Notes: generated from the sequence alone by a model not told the origin. Shown: positions 8,293-17,171, numbered from the stretch's first letter. The stretch is 64,000 nt of DNA from Candidatus Magasanikiibacteriota bacterium (GCA_903893485.1 CAITMK010000012.1:83469-147468), one strand, 5' to 3'. Numbers and translations: made by a program.

Positions 8293-9123
8293 ATGTACTT
8301 AATTCTTCTCGCAATCAGTTTTGTTTTAGCTCAGGTTATAGCTCGCGGACTTTTTGATAGAAATTGGAGAGTAAAAGCACAGGAAAATGTCGATAGCATT
8401 AAAAATGAAAAAATATTTTGGTACCTGATGAGTCAGAAAGTAAATGCGGAAAAAGTTTTTTCTGCTTATTTGAGGACGAGAAATCAAAAAGACACTATTA
8501 GGGTTGGCGATTGTGTAATGGACGAATCTTCCGATAAAAATAATTTAAGAGCAAATGATCTTGATATAAGCACAATCATCGAGGGTGATAATATCTGGGT
8601 GATCAATTCTGAATTGAATCCAAAAATAGAGCAGAAAGAAAAAACTATCGATGATTTGTTGACTGAAAACAGAGTCCTTTTTTCAGAGGAAGAAATTCGC
8701 AAAAGTTTCAAGGTATATTTTGATGAGCATTTTTGGAACATTGATGAAGTACAAAAAAACTATAATCAATTCATGATCAATCATCTCGATGCGCTTATAA
8801 AATGTGACAAGACGGGTTTGGGGATTTGGAAAGTTTTAAAGGATTTTTCAGTTAACGAGCACAAATTTGAATTCGATCGTTGGGGTGAAAAACATATTGA
8901 ATTTCTTGATTCTTTAAAATTGCTCCAAAATGATATAAAAAGTTTCGTGATATTTTTTATTTGTGAAAAAATTGAAAATCCTAAGACCCTAAAGAAGGTG
9001 CTTACAGAATGGCAGCAGTTACAAATGCTTAGATGGTGTGTGGTGGATTTTAGCTTGTGGGAAATTGGGAAGAATAAAATTCAGACAAGTGTGTGGCGGC
9101 TTACGACCTCTTTGTTTTTATAA
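8293..9123 (+). CDS. hypothetical membrane-anchored protein
   Basis: 276 aa with N-terminal TM (MYLILLAISFVLAQVIARGLF), then a K/E/D-rich soluble domain. AT-rich. Separated from its neighbours by 4 and 13 nt. Confidence 0.5.
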   Translation: MYLILLAISFVLAQVIARGLFDRNWRVKAQENVDSIKNEKIFWYLMSQKVNAEKVFSAYLRTRNQKDTIRVGDCVMDESSDKNNLRANDLDISTIIEGDNIWVINSELNPKIEQKEKTIDDLLTENRVLFSEEEIRKSFKVYFDEHFWNIDEVQKNYNQFMINHLDALIKCDKTGLGIWKVLKDFSVNEHKFEFDRWGEKHIEFLDSLKLLQNDIKSFVIFFICEKIENPKTLKKVLTEWQQLQMLRWCVVDFSLWEIGKNKIQTSVWRLTTSLFL

Positions 9124-9135
9124 ATTTAACTAAAT

Positions 9136-9991
9136 ATGGAGCCAAACACCTTTCTGAAACAACTCTTGTTTTCTACTGTTCGCATAGAGGCGGATACTGA
9201 TGACGCTGGAAAGAAAAGTGTTGGAACCGGTTTTCTTGTGGCAAAAAAGATAAGCGATTCCGAACAGCAAATTTTTCTCATAACCAATAAACATGTCATT
9301 GCAAGAGCAGATGAGGTTGGAAAAATTATAGGCAAATTTGGTAAGGCACGTTTTTCATTTGTAAAAAGTGAAAAATAATAGCCCGAAATTAGGTAATTCA
9401 GTTGTAATAAATGTCGATGCTTTAACGGATATGTTTTTCCAGCATCCGGATGAAAATGTTGATCTGGCGATATGCAATATTTCTGAGTTATACAACCAAT
9501 TAAATCAAGGTAAACAAAATATTTTTATCAGAACTATTCCTATCGAAATGATTCCAGCGGAAAATGAAAATTTTGATGCCATTGAAGACGTTTTGTTCGT
9601 TGGCTATCCAAACGGAATCTTTGATCAGAAAAATCATTTGCCAGTTATGAGACGAGGGATTACTGCCTCTGCGTATGATGTTGATTTTAATGGCGGTAAA
9701 AAATTTCTTATTGATGCGCAGGTTTTTCCTGGTTCAAGCGGAAGTCCTGTTTTTATCAAAGAGCAAAATTTAAGAAATGGTACATTAAAACTTGGTGTAG
9801 AAAGATATTTTTTTGTTGGCGTCATTTCAAAGGTATTTCATAGGATTGAAACCGGTGATCTGGTTGAATCAACCGTCCCCACAAGTTTTGTGGCTAATAG
9901 TTTTTCGATCAAACAGATGATTGGACTGGGTATTTGCGAAAAATCAAATCAAATTTTTGAGCTAATCGAACTCATAAATAGAGTCAGCTAA
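9136..9991 (+). pseudogene. cytoplasmic trypsin-like (S1/PA clan) serine peptidase, interrupted by a +1 frameshift in an A5 run
   Basis: ORF 9136..9378 carries the His block LITNKHVIA. ORF 9368..9991 carries the Asp block NVDLAICNI and the Ser block GSSGSPVF. The two halves overlap at gtgaaaaataatag in different frames. No signal peptide. Confidence 0.6.
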
Positions 9992-10023
9992 TTCTTGCTT
10001 GTCGTGACTAAAGTAATAGGTTT

Positions 10024-10491
10024 ATGCTCGCCTCATTTCTCCAATCCCTCACCACCTCCATCCTCGCGCTCTTCCGCCAAGACGCGAATTTTAAAAACAC
10101 CCTTCCGCTCCACGATTATCACGGGTTTCAAAAAGCGCGCATTCCATCTGCGACGCTCGCTGCAATCGCTGCGGCGCACACTGTGAATCCCGACGAGCTC
10201 CAGGCCGAATGGGTTGTGGTGACGCAGGATTTGTTGAGCGAAATTCATTGCCACCTGCGCTCGCGCGCGTATTGCATCGTGATGGGCGCGGCCGAGCATG
10301 TGCCGGACCCGGCGCGCGCGTTTGTGTTTTTGCATGATGCGTGGATGCCCGTCGTGGCCGGCCAAACCATCGACATCCCGCCCGGCGCTGCGCACGGCTT
10401 CACCATCCACCCTGGCGGCACGCTCCACTTTTTGTCCGTCCAAACTCCGCCTATCGAAAGCGCGGCAGGGGATGATTATGAAAAAGTGTGA
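10024..10491 (+). CDS. cupin-domain protein
   Basis: GQTIDIPPGAAHGFTIHPGGTLHFL matches the cupin motif. GC-rich (about 60%) insert between AT-rich flanks. Confidence 0.55.
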   Translation: MLASFLQSLTTSILALFRQDANFKNTLPLHDYHGFQKARIPSATLAAIAAAHTVNPDELQAEWVVVTQDLLSEIHCHLRSRAYCIVMGAAEHVPDPARAFVFLHDAWMPVVAGQTIDIPPGAAHGFTIHPGGTLHFLSVQTPPIESAAGDDYEKV

Positions 10492-10518
10492 TATTCTATA
10501 CGTAGTTAATTTTAGAAT

Positions 10519-10884
10519 ATGCCAGATCCGAAATTTCCAAACCCAACCGAGCGCATACCTCTCAGTAAAGAAGACGAAAGAGGTTTGTCCGTTGCCAAGC
10601 GAGTTCTCGAAACGCTCATGACCGCCTCCGATGAACTGCCGGAGGAATTTATTGTAAATCATGGCGACTACAAATTTAGAGGCACGTGGTTTCAAGGCGC
10701 GTTTTCGGCTTGCGCCTCGGTTGCAGAAATTTTAAACGATGAAGATTTTGAAAAAGAAGTTCAAGCGGCTATAACAAAACGAAGAGCAAAATCAGATACC
10801 GATCGCACCACGCGGCAGGAAATTATCGATGCTGAAGATTTAGTTAATCGTGCGCTGAAGAAAATTGAAAAAGCACTTGGATAA
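10519..10884 (+). CDS. hypothetical protein
   Basis: 121-aa ORF, acidic, no recognised motif. Confidence 0.45.
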   Translation: MPDPKFPNPTERIPLSKEDERGLSVAKRVLETLMTASDELPEEFIVNHGDYKFRGTWFQGAFSACASVAEILNDEDFEKEVQAAITKRRAKSDTDRTTRQEIIDAEDLVNRALKKIEKALG

Positions 10885-10898
10885 GTTTTTATAATCAT

Positions 10899-11405
10899 AT
10901 GATGACCCCGGCACGCCTTGCGACGCAAAAAATAATTGTACTCACACTGCTTTATGCTTTTTTAGTCGTCGGTATTGTAGGGCTCGCACGCGCAGTATAC
11001 GATAGTCATGCGCAGTATCGTACGGAATGGATCGCGGACCGTGCAACAGTTACTTCACTTTCGGTGCGGACCATTTCTTCGGGGGACCGCGCAGGTAGAA
11101 CTCCGGATCTTGTTGCGGATGTTATCTATTCATATATTGTCGGCGACGTAGCACTCGAAGGTGCTGCTACTGATGAAACATTGTTATCTGACACTTCAAA
11201 TAATGAAAAATATGTACGCGACAAATATGTAACAGGCGCGAAAATCACCATTTTTTATGCGGCTAATGATTTCAAAAAAACAACACTTGAATCGCCAGAT
11301 CAATTGCGTTCAGATTTTATAATGTACACGACGCTTCTCGGTGTAATGTGTCTGATTTTAATAGTAGCGATCTGTATTCACGTGCGCCGATGCCGGCACC
11401 CTTGA
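10899..11405 (+). CDS. DUF3592-like membrane protein (TM, beta-rich domain, TM)
   Basis: N- and C-terminal TM segments around AQYRTEW..ATVTS..YSYIVG..GAKITIFY. Paralogous to 12271..12786. Confidence 0.5.
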   Translation: MMTPARLATQKIIVLTLLYAFLVVGIVGLARAVYDSHAQYRTEWIADRATVTSLSVRTISSGDRAGRTPDLVADVIYSYIVGDVALEGAATDETLLSDTSNNEKYVRDKYVTGAKITIFYAANDFKKTTLESPDQLRSDFIMYTTLLGVMCLILIVAICIHVRRCRHP

Positions 11406-11533
11406 CATTTTCGAAAAAAACTGCTATCTTTTTATACAATCTGGCCAAACCGTGCTGGAGGGAGATGTCCATGAATAGTTCCTAGTAGTATTCATCTTTT
11501 GCCTACCAAGGCTACAGATAAAAATGCGTGACA

Positions 11534-11548
11534 CGGTGTCACTCTGAC
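11534..11548. promoter_or_regulatory. perfect inverted repeat GTGACAC-g-GTGTCAC upstream of 11592 gene
   Basis: 15-bp palindrome about 45 bp upstream of the start codon. RBS GGAGGAAC lies before the ATG at 11592. Confidence 0.4.
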
Positions 11549-11591
11549 CGCTCTGTGGCCACAAGCCACAAGCGTAAATCGGAGGAACATC

Positions 11592-12185
11592 ATGTACCAC
11601 GAAGAATCCAAGAATCTGCGCAAGTTCGCATACTGCACGCACACCGTGTTGGCTGCGAAACTACGCGAGGCAGCAGAGCAGAAGTTGTCGGAGGGGCGCG
11701 AACTCTTCCGTATCAATTTGAAGCTCGAGGTGACCACGAGCGTCGACAAGCTGATCGGTCTGCGGCGCGAGCTGCAAGCCTACGAAGCTGAATTCGACGG
11801 TCGCGAGCGACATTGGCTGCGCACCACAGAGCGTGCGCAACAACTCAAGGCAGCGATTTCCGACGAGTCGGAGTCGCTGACCGTGCAGGAGTTGGATGCG
11901 ATGAGTGATTGGTGCAAGGCCGGCGTTTTTGCGGCCGAGCAATTCTTGCGACCCTTCCGCGCGGCCAAGGCCGAGCGTGAGCGGATCGCAGCAGAGAAAG
12001 AAAAGGAGTGCGTCACTGCACGCGAGGCCGCGCGCCTGAAAGATGAACCCGGCCGTCACGCGCGCCGTGAATTCCAAGAGCAGCGGCTGCGCGAAAAGCA
12101 AGCGCAGCGTTTCGTGCACGAGTACCAGAGTCGTCCGCGGCGCTGGTACAAAGAGCAGAAGAAGTTGAAGCAGCAAACGCGCTGA
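11592..12185 (+). CDS. hypothetical charged coiled-coil protein (GC-rich cassette)
   Basis: 197 aa, R/E/K/Q-rich heptad-like sequence, strong RBS. The opposite-strand ORF looks antisense. Confidence 0.5.
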   Translation: MYHEESKNLRKFAYCTHTVLAAKLREAAEQKLSEGRELFRINLKLEVTTSVDKLIGLRRELQAYEAEFDGRERHWLRTTERAQQLKAAISDESESLTVQELDAMSDWCKAGVFAAEQFLRPFRAAKAERERIAAEKEKECVTAREAARLKDEPGRHARREFQEQRLREKQAQRFVHEYQSRPRRWYKEQKKLKQQTR

Positions 12186-12202
12186 GCGCAATTGCGGTGA
12201 AC

Positions 12203-12250
12203 GGCCGTTCGATTCCTTTCGCGGGGAGTCGAACGGTCTATTTTTTATTT
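12203..12250 (+). terminator. rho-independent terminator
   Basis: ggccgttcga / tcgaacggtc stem (1 mismatch) followed by tattttttattt. Confidence 0.55.
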
Positions 12251-12270
12251 GAATGATATAATAAAAACCT

Positions 12271-12786
12271 ATGATTGTTAACGCATCTATTGATCCAAAA
12301 AAAGCGACCTTTAGACATTATGCAGTTACATACGCAATGTCACTCATAACGATAGCAGCTTTTGGTTTACTGAGTTTGGATAGTTACGCGCAATATCACA
12401 TGCAATGGAATTCAGCGACGGCCACAGTTACCGATGTACAGGTAGATTCAGCACATAATCGGGGCGATGTGTTGGTGAGTTTGGAATACACGTATGCAGT
12501 AAATGGCGTTTCGTATGATAGTCAATCAACAAAAGTTGTGCATATTCCGAGTACACTTGAAAATAGAAATTTGTTAGCGGCGCAGTATGCATCAGGAACA
12601 AAGATTAATATTTTTTATGAGGTCAAAACCCCGGATAAAACCATGGTAACTGAGCCTGATAAATCCCCCATCAATTTTATTGGTGAGTTAATCGCAACAA
12701 TAGCTATGTCATGCCTACTTATTTTTGCGATATATACTAATATTGTGATAGTTCTGCAAAAGAAAAAGTTAGGTGGTAAAACATAA
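12271..12786 (+). CDS. DUF3592-like membrane protein, paralog of 10899..11405
   Basis: Same TM-beta-TM architecture: AQYHMQW..ATVTDV..YTYAVNG..GTKINIFY. Confidence 0.5.
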   Translation: MIVNASIDPKKATFRHYAVTYAMSLITIAAFGLLSLDSYAQYHMQWNSATATVTDVQVDSAHNRGDVLVSLEYTYAVNGVSYDSQSTKVVHIPSTLENRNLLAAQYASGTKINIFYEVKTPDKTMVTEPDKSPINFIGELIATIAMSCLLIFAIYTNIVIVLQKKKLGGKT

Positions 12787-12822
12787 CTAATGCCTGTTAG
12801 TTCATGTTATAATATTTAGTAC

Positions 12823-14961
12823 ATGAAGTTCAACTTAGTATTTTCGAATTTATTTTTTGCGATTGCCGTGTCCGCCATTTGTTTTTTTGCCGCGCCAACA
12901 AAAACATTTGCAGCGGGCGAATTTAAAACAACGTGGAAATCTGATAATCCAGGAACATCGGCAAGTAATCAAATCACAATTCCAACCATTGTTGGACCTG
13001 CTTATAATTATCATGTTGATTGGGGAGATACAACCGCGAGCTCAACTGTAACCGGAACGGTGACGCACACCTATGCCGCACCGGGCACCTATCATGTTGC
13101 AATTACCGGAACATTTCCTGTAATTCAATTTGCAGACGCGGGCGATGCACAAAAACTTTTGTCTGTGGATCAATGGGGGACAAATGTGTGGGGTTCAATG
13201 TACGATGCTTTTTTTGGCTGCACCAATCTACACATTCTGGCAACTGACGCACCAAATCTTTCAGTCGCGGGCGACATGACATACATGCTGCGCGGCACCG
13301 CGGTGTCAACAGAAGATTTAAGTAGTTGGGATGTCAGCCATATCAGCGCCATGATCGGCACATTTCAAGATACCTTATTTAATGGAAACATTACCACGTG
13401 GAATACTGGCGCGGTTACCGACATGACTGGATTATTTTATAACGACTCAGCTTTTAATCAGGATATTGGGAATTGGAATGTCGGTGCGGTTACCGGCATG
13501 AGCGCCATGTTTTATTCGGCATCAAGTTTTAATCAGAATCTTTCGCTGTGGAATGTGGTGAATGTTACCAACATGAATGGTATGTTCAGAAACGCGAACG
13601 GATTTAATGGCACACTGGCGTGGGGAAATAAAACCGCGCACGTCACCGATATGAGCGCGATGTTTTTAGCAGCTTACGCTTTTAATCAAGACATTAGCGG
13701 TTGGGACACGCGCGCCGTTACCAGTATGACTGATATGTTTGCGTACGCCTATGATTTTAACCAAAATATTGGCTTGTGGAATGTGGGTGCGGTAACTGAC
13801 ATGGGTACGATGTTGTATCATGCAACATCATTTAATTACAGCCTGAGCAATTGGGATGTGAGCCACGTGACTAACATGCTTTCAATGCTTCAAGGCTGCA
13901 CCGCGTTTAATAGTGCGGTGTCGTGGGGAAGTAAAGTTTCGCACGTCACCAATTTTGAGGGAATGTTTACCGATGACACGTCATTTAATCAAGATGTCAG
14001 TGGTTGGGACGTGAGCGGTGCAACAGATTTGGCATATGCATTTACTGGCACCGCGTTTAATCAAAATCTTTCGCCATGGAATGTTGCAAACGTAACCACC
14101 ATGGATAATATTTTTACAAGCAGCGCGCTTTCCACCACCAATTACGATGCAATTTTGGCAGCGTGGTCCGCGGAAACATTGCAATCAAATGTTCTTTTTA
14201 GTGCGGGAAGTGCAACGTATTGTGCGGCTCGCGCAGGGCACGCGCGACTGCTTTCAAATTTTAGTTGGACAATTACCGATGGTGGGATCAATCCAACCTG
14301 TCGAACGATAACTTACACTGCTAGTGCAAATGGCAGCGTGACTGGCACCGCGACCCAATATTTAGAAAATGGTTTTACCTCGGCTAGTGTAACCGCAGTG
14401 CCAAATACGGGATATCGTTTTTTAAGTTGGTCTGATGGTCAATCGCAAAACCCGCGAACGGATGCAAATGTAACAAGTGATATTGCGGTCTCGGCAAATT
14501 TTTTGGCGCAAACCGTGTCAACGGGGAATACGATTTATTATAATGGATGCGCAGATCCAAAAGCATTAAATTATGATCCAATGGCCAGAAATATTTCGAC
14601 CATGTGTATGTATGCGCATACAGAAAATCCAGTAACTGTTTTGCAAAAAACAACTGATTTAATTGCACCAAAAACCGAAATCGAAAAACCAGTTTTTGAT
14701 TTTTCAAAAATAAAAAAACTGACCAAAGATTTAAAATTTGGAATGACCAGCGCAGAAATTAAAACAGTGCAAGATTTTTTGATTGCACAAAATAAAGGTG
14801 CGATGGCACAGCAATTAAAGACGCACGGCACAACAAATTATTTTGGTGCGTTAACTAAATCCGCACTTGCTGAATGGCAAAAAGCGTGTGGTATTATGCC
14901 AGCAGTTGGAAATTTTGGAGCACTTACCAGAAACTATATTAAATTGCTTAGCGCGTCATAA
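12823..14961 (+). CDS. secreted DUF285/BspA-like repeat surface protein with C-terminal peptidoglycan-binding domain
   Basis: Signal peptide. At least 9 repeats of the F..FNQ[DN]I..W[DN]V..VT.M..MF type. C-terminal GCADPKALNYDPMARNISTMCMYA motif and a PG_binding_1-like tail (VQDFLIAQNKG...NYFGALTKSALAEWQKACGI...GNFGALT). Confidence 0.7.
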   Translation: MKFNLVFSNLFFAIAVSAICFFAAPTKTFAAGEFKTTWKSDNPGTSASNQITIPTIVGPAYNYHVDWGDTTASSTVTGTVTHTYAAPGTYHVAITGTFPVIQFADAGDAQKLLSVDQWGTNVWGSMYDAFFGCTNLHILATDAPNLSVAGDMTYMLRGTAVSTEDLSSWDVSHISAMIGTFQDTLFNGNITTWNTGAVTDMTGLFYNDSAFNQDIGNWNVGAVTGMSAMFYSASSFNQNLSLWNVVNVTNMNGMFRNANGFNGTLAWGNKTAHVTDMSAMFLAAYAFNQDISGWDTRAVTSMTDMFAYAYDFNQNIGLWNVGAVTDMGTMLYHATSFNYSLSNWDVSHVTNMLSMLQGCTAFNSAVSWGSKVSHVTNFEGMFTDDTSFNQDVSGWDVSGATDLAYAFTGTAFNQNLSPWNVANVTTMDNIFTSSALSTTNYDAILAAWSAETLQSNVLFSAGSATYCAARAGHARLLSNFSWTITDGGINPTCRTITYTASANGSVTGTATQYLENGFTSASVTAVPNTGYRFLSWSDGQSQNPRTDANVTSDIAVSANFLAQTVSTGNTIYYNGCADPKALNYDPMARNISTMCMYAHTENPVTVLQKTTDLIAPKTEIEKPVFDFSKIKKLTKDLKFGMTSAEIKTVQDFLIAQNKGAMAQQLKTHGTTNYFGALTKSALAEWQKACGIMPAVGNFGALTRNYIKLLSAS

Positions 14962-14971
14962 TAAAAAAATA

Positions 14972-15009
14972 CCTACCCGACGTGCCTTACGGGGCTCGTG
15001 GGGTAGGGT
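14972..15009 (-). terminator. minus-strand terminator hairpin
   Basis: cctacccgacg / cgtggggtagg stem (1 mismatch). Flanked 5' on the plus strand by an A7 run, which is a T-run on the minus strand. Directly downstream of the stop of 15040..15696(-). Confidence 0.5.
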
Positions 15010-15039
15010 TTGAAACTGCTGTGTCCGGCCGAAGTTCGG

Positions 15040-15696
15040 CTAGATCGCGGCAGCCGTCGTGGTGATGCGGCCGTGCTGGTCAGCCAAGGTGCGCGCGAGC
15101 ATCAGGTCCGGGATCTTGGGGAACTGGGGTTCCCAATACCACCACTGATTGCTCGTGGGCATCGGGCCGTGGCGATGCGCCAGCTTGTGGAACACCTGCT
15201 GCAGGATGCGGGGCTGCATGCTCGTGAGACCTGCCAGCATGATGCGCTTGAAGTATTGCCGCTCCATGATTGCAGTCGTCTTGAGCACCTGAGTCCAGCC
15301 GAAGTAGGGCGCCAGCTGCCGCGCGGCACTGCACATCTCGAGCGAGTCAAAGATCTTCGCGTCGGTGAGGCGTTCGTCGGACCGGCAGATCATCAGCGTT
15401 TCGCGGATGTTGTCCGCGGCCGGCTGCACCTGCTCCATGATCGCATTTTCAATCTCGGACCGCTCATTCGGCAGAATGCCGGTGGTGCAGATGTGGATCT
15501 GCGACGGCGTGCACTGGTAGGCCACGTGCCGCAGCAGCAGGTTCCCCAGCGCGAACGCCATGCGCTTGCGCGACTTGGAACCGGGCTGTTTGTAGGAAAA
15601 CGCGGCCATCATCGCCAGGAAACTCTCCAAGGTCGTTTGACCCATGTCGGTTTCCATCTCTTCTGCAATCGCCGGAAGTGCCAAAGTTTTTTTCAT
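15040..15696 (-). CDS. hypothetical protein (GC-rich cassette)
   Basis: 218-aa ORF with protein-like composition. The overlapping plus ORF 15010..15699 is R/G/H-rich and looks antisense. Confidence 0.45.
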   Translation of the reverse strand: MKKTLALPAIAEEMETDMGQTTLESFLAMMAAFSYKQPGSKSRKRMAFALGNLLLRHVAYQCTPSQIHICTTGILPNERSEIENAIMEQVQPAADNIRETLMICRSDERLTDAKIFDSLEMCSAARQLAPYFGWTQVLKTTAIMERQYFKRIMLAGLTSMQPRILQQVFHKLAHRHGPMPTSNQWWYWEPQFPKIPDLMLARTLADQHGRITTTAAAI

Positions 15697-15810
15697 TAAC
15701 TGTCTCCAAAGTAGGCCAAATCAAGCGGCCCGATCATCAAGATACACGAAACATGCTAAAATGTCAATGGTCGCGTGGTATGACAGGTAATTCAGATATC
15801 TCACTTCATT

Positions 15811-16824
15811 ATGCAAAAAATTTTCAACCGCAACGAAACTTTATACGGCCCAGCACCCGCTGCGGTTGCAGCAATTAAAAACTTAAATCGCGAACACATT
15901 TTTCAGTATATTAATGGGTATCACACCTCTATTTTAATTCCGGCGCTGGCCAAAAAATTTACTATTCCGGAAGCGCAAATTATTACCAGCTACGGCAGTG
16001 AAAATTTTTTGGAAACCGTTTTTAATAGTTTGCGTGCCGGGGAAGACGAAGTTTTGACGCATCAATTCCATTACATTTATTACGAAAAATATTTGGCGTT
16101 TCGCGGCGTGAAATTGCATGAATTTAAATTGGTGCAAAAGCCCAGCGAATTTTTGTTTGATATCACCGATTGCATTGCGCAAATAAAAAAAATAAAACCA
16201 AAATTAGTTTTACTCACGTCACCGAATAATCCAACAGGGAATTCGATCACGCCCGACGATTTGGAAAAAATTTTGGCTGCCGCACCACCAACAACACTTG
16301 TAATTGTTGATGAAGCCTATTACGGATTAAACGCGGCATACCCAGAAAAAAAGTTTTTGGCGCTGCTGGCGAAATATCCAAATCTTGCGTACGGTCGCAC
16401 GTTTTCTAAACTCTACGCACTTGCAGGTTTACGCGTGGCGTACGCACTGTGCGGCACAAATGTTAAAAATTTACTGCGCTATCAAACGCATTATTTGGGC
16501 ATGAGTCGCATTTTGGAGCAGGTTGCAGTTGCCGCGCTTGATGCAAAACCATACTACAAAAAATTAGCAGCTGCTTACGCCAAAGACCGCGCGCAATTTA
16601 TTCGCGCGGTAAACAAATTAAAAAATTTCCACGCATTTACATCCGACGCCAGTTTTGTTTTGATTCATGTCGATGCAAAAATTTTGCCAACGTTTGTTGC
16701 AACAACACAAAAAGCATCTTTTTTAATTTCAAAGCCGGTCACGGAAAATTTATACCGCATTTCGCTGGATCCAAAAAAATACACCAAACAATTTATCGCA
16801 CTCCTCAAAAAAATTGACGCATGA
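15811..16824 (+). CDS. class I/II PLP-dependent aminotransferase (HisC/CobD-like)
   Basis: SPNNPTGN, VIVDEAY and RTFSKLYALAGLRV (PLP-lysine) motifs. Confidence 0.75.
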   Translation: MQKIFNRNETLYGPAPAAVAAIKNLNREHIFQYINGYHTSILIPALAKKFTIPEAQIITSYGSENFLETVFNSLRAGEDEVLTHQFHYIYYEKYLAFRGVKLHEFKLVQKPSEFLFDITDCIAQIKKIKPKLVLLTSPNNPTGNSITPDDLEKILAAAPPTTLVIVDEAYYGLNAAYPEKKFLALLAKYPNLAYGRTFSKLYALAGLRVAYALCGTNVKNLLRYQTHYLGMSRILEQVAVAALDAKPYYKKLAAAYAKDRAQFIRAVNKLKNFHAFTSDASFVLIHVDAKILPTFVATTQKASFLISKPVTENLYRISLDPKKYTKQFIALLKKIDA

Positions 16825-16884
16825 TATAGTAAATCGAGTGCTGGTTCATCCACATCAAGCAGCCCATACTAAAGGAGGTGGGAG

Positions 16885-17079
16885 ATGCTGAGAGTGTATG
16901 TAACGTCCAAGGGCGAAGGGCTTTTGCAAGTCGAATTGCGTCTCATCGCGCAGCTCCGTGTGCAGGAACTCGAGGCAAAACTCGGGAAACTGTCGCATCG
17001 GAATCGCGAAGCAGAGATCGAGCGCGAAATTCGAAGGCTCCGTCGAGAACGCTATCTTAATAAGGAGGTAAAGCCGTGA
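16885..17079 (+). CDS. small charged coiled-coil protein, hypothetical
   Basis: 64 aa. Strong RBS AAAGGAGGTG 6 nt upstream. GC-rich. Followed by a perfect 12-bp-stem terminator. Confidence 0.45.
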   Translation: MLRVYVTSKGEGLLQVELRLIAQLRVQELEAKLGKLSHRNREAEIEREIRRLRRERYLNKEVKP

Positions 17080-17094
17080 TATCAAACCGGCGTC

Positions 17095-17135
17095 GGTGTG
17101 GTGCGCTCGCAGCTGCGCGCACCACACCATTTATA
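17095..17135 (+). terminator. rho-independent terminator
   Basis: ggtgtggtgcgc / gcgcaccacacc perfect 12-bp stem followed by atttatatt. Confidence 0.6.
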
Positions 17136-17171
17136 TTGCCAAAAAATGCCTAATGCGCTACTATTACGCAT

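Noticed and set aside
10033-10695. 220-aa minus ORF across the cupin gene and the next intergenic region
   Set aside because: Antisense of a GC-rich cupin gene whose motifs are clear on the plus strand; R-rich.
15010-15699. 229-aa plus ORF overlapping the 15040..15696 minus gene
   Set aside because: R/G/H/L-rich repetitive sequence. The minus ORF has more protein-like composition and a terminator placed correctly downstream of its stop.
4270-17135. Idea that the GC-rich single-gene inserts are integron cassettes with attC sites
   Set aside because: Cassettes are in both orientations. No integrase or attI is present. The hairpins are simple terminator stems followed by T-runs rather than the R''-L''/L'-R' attC architecture.
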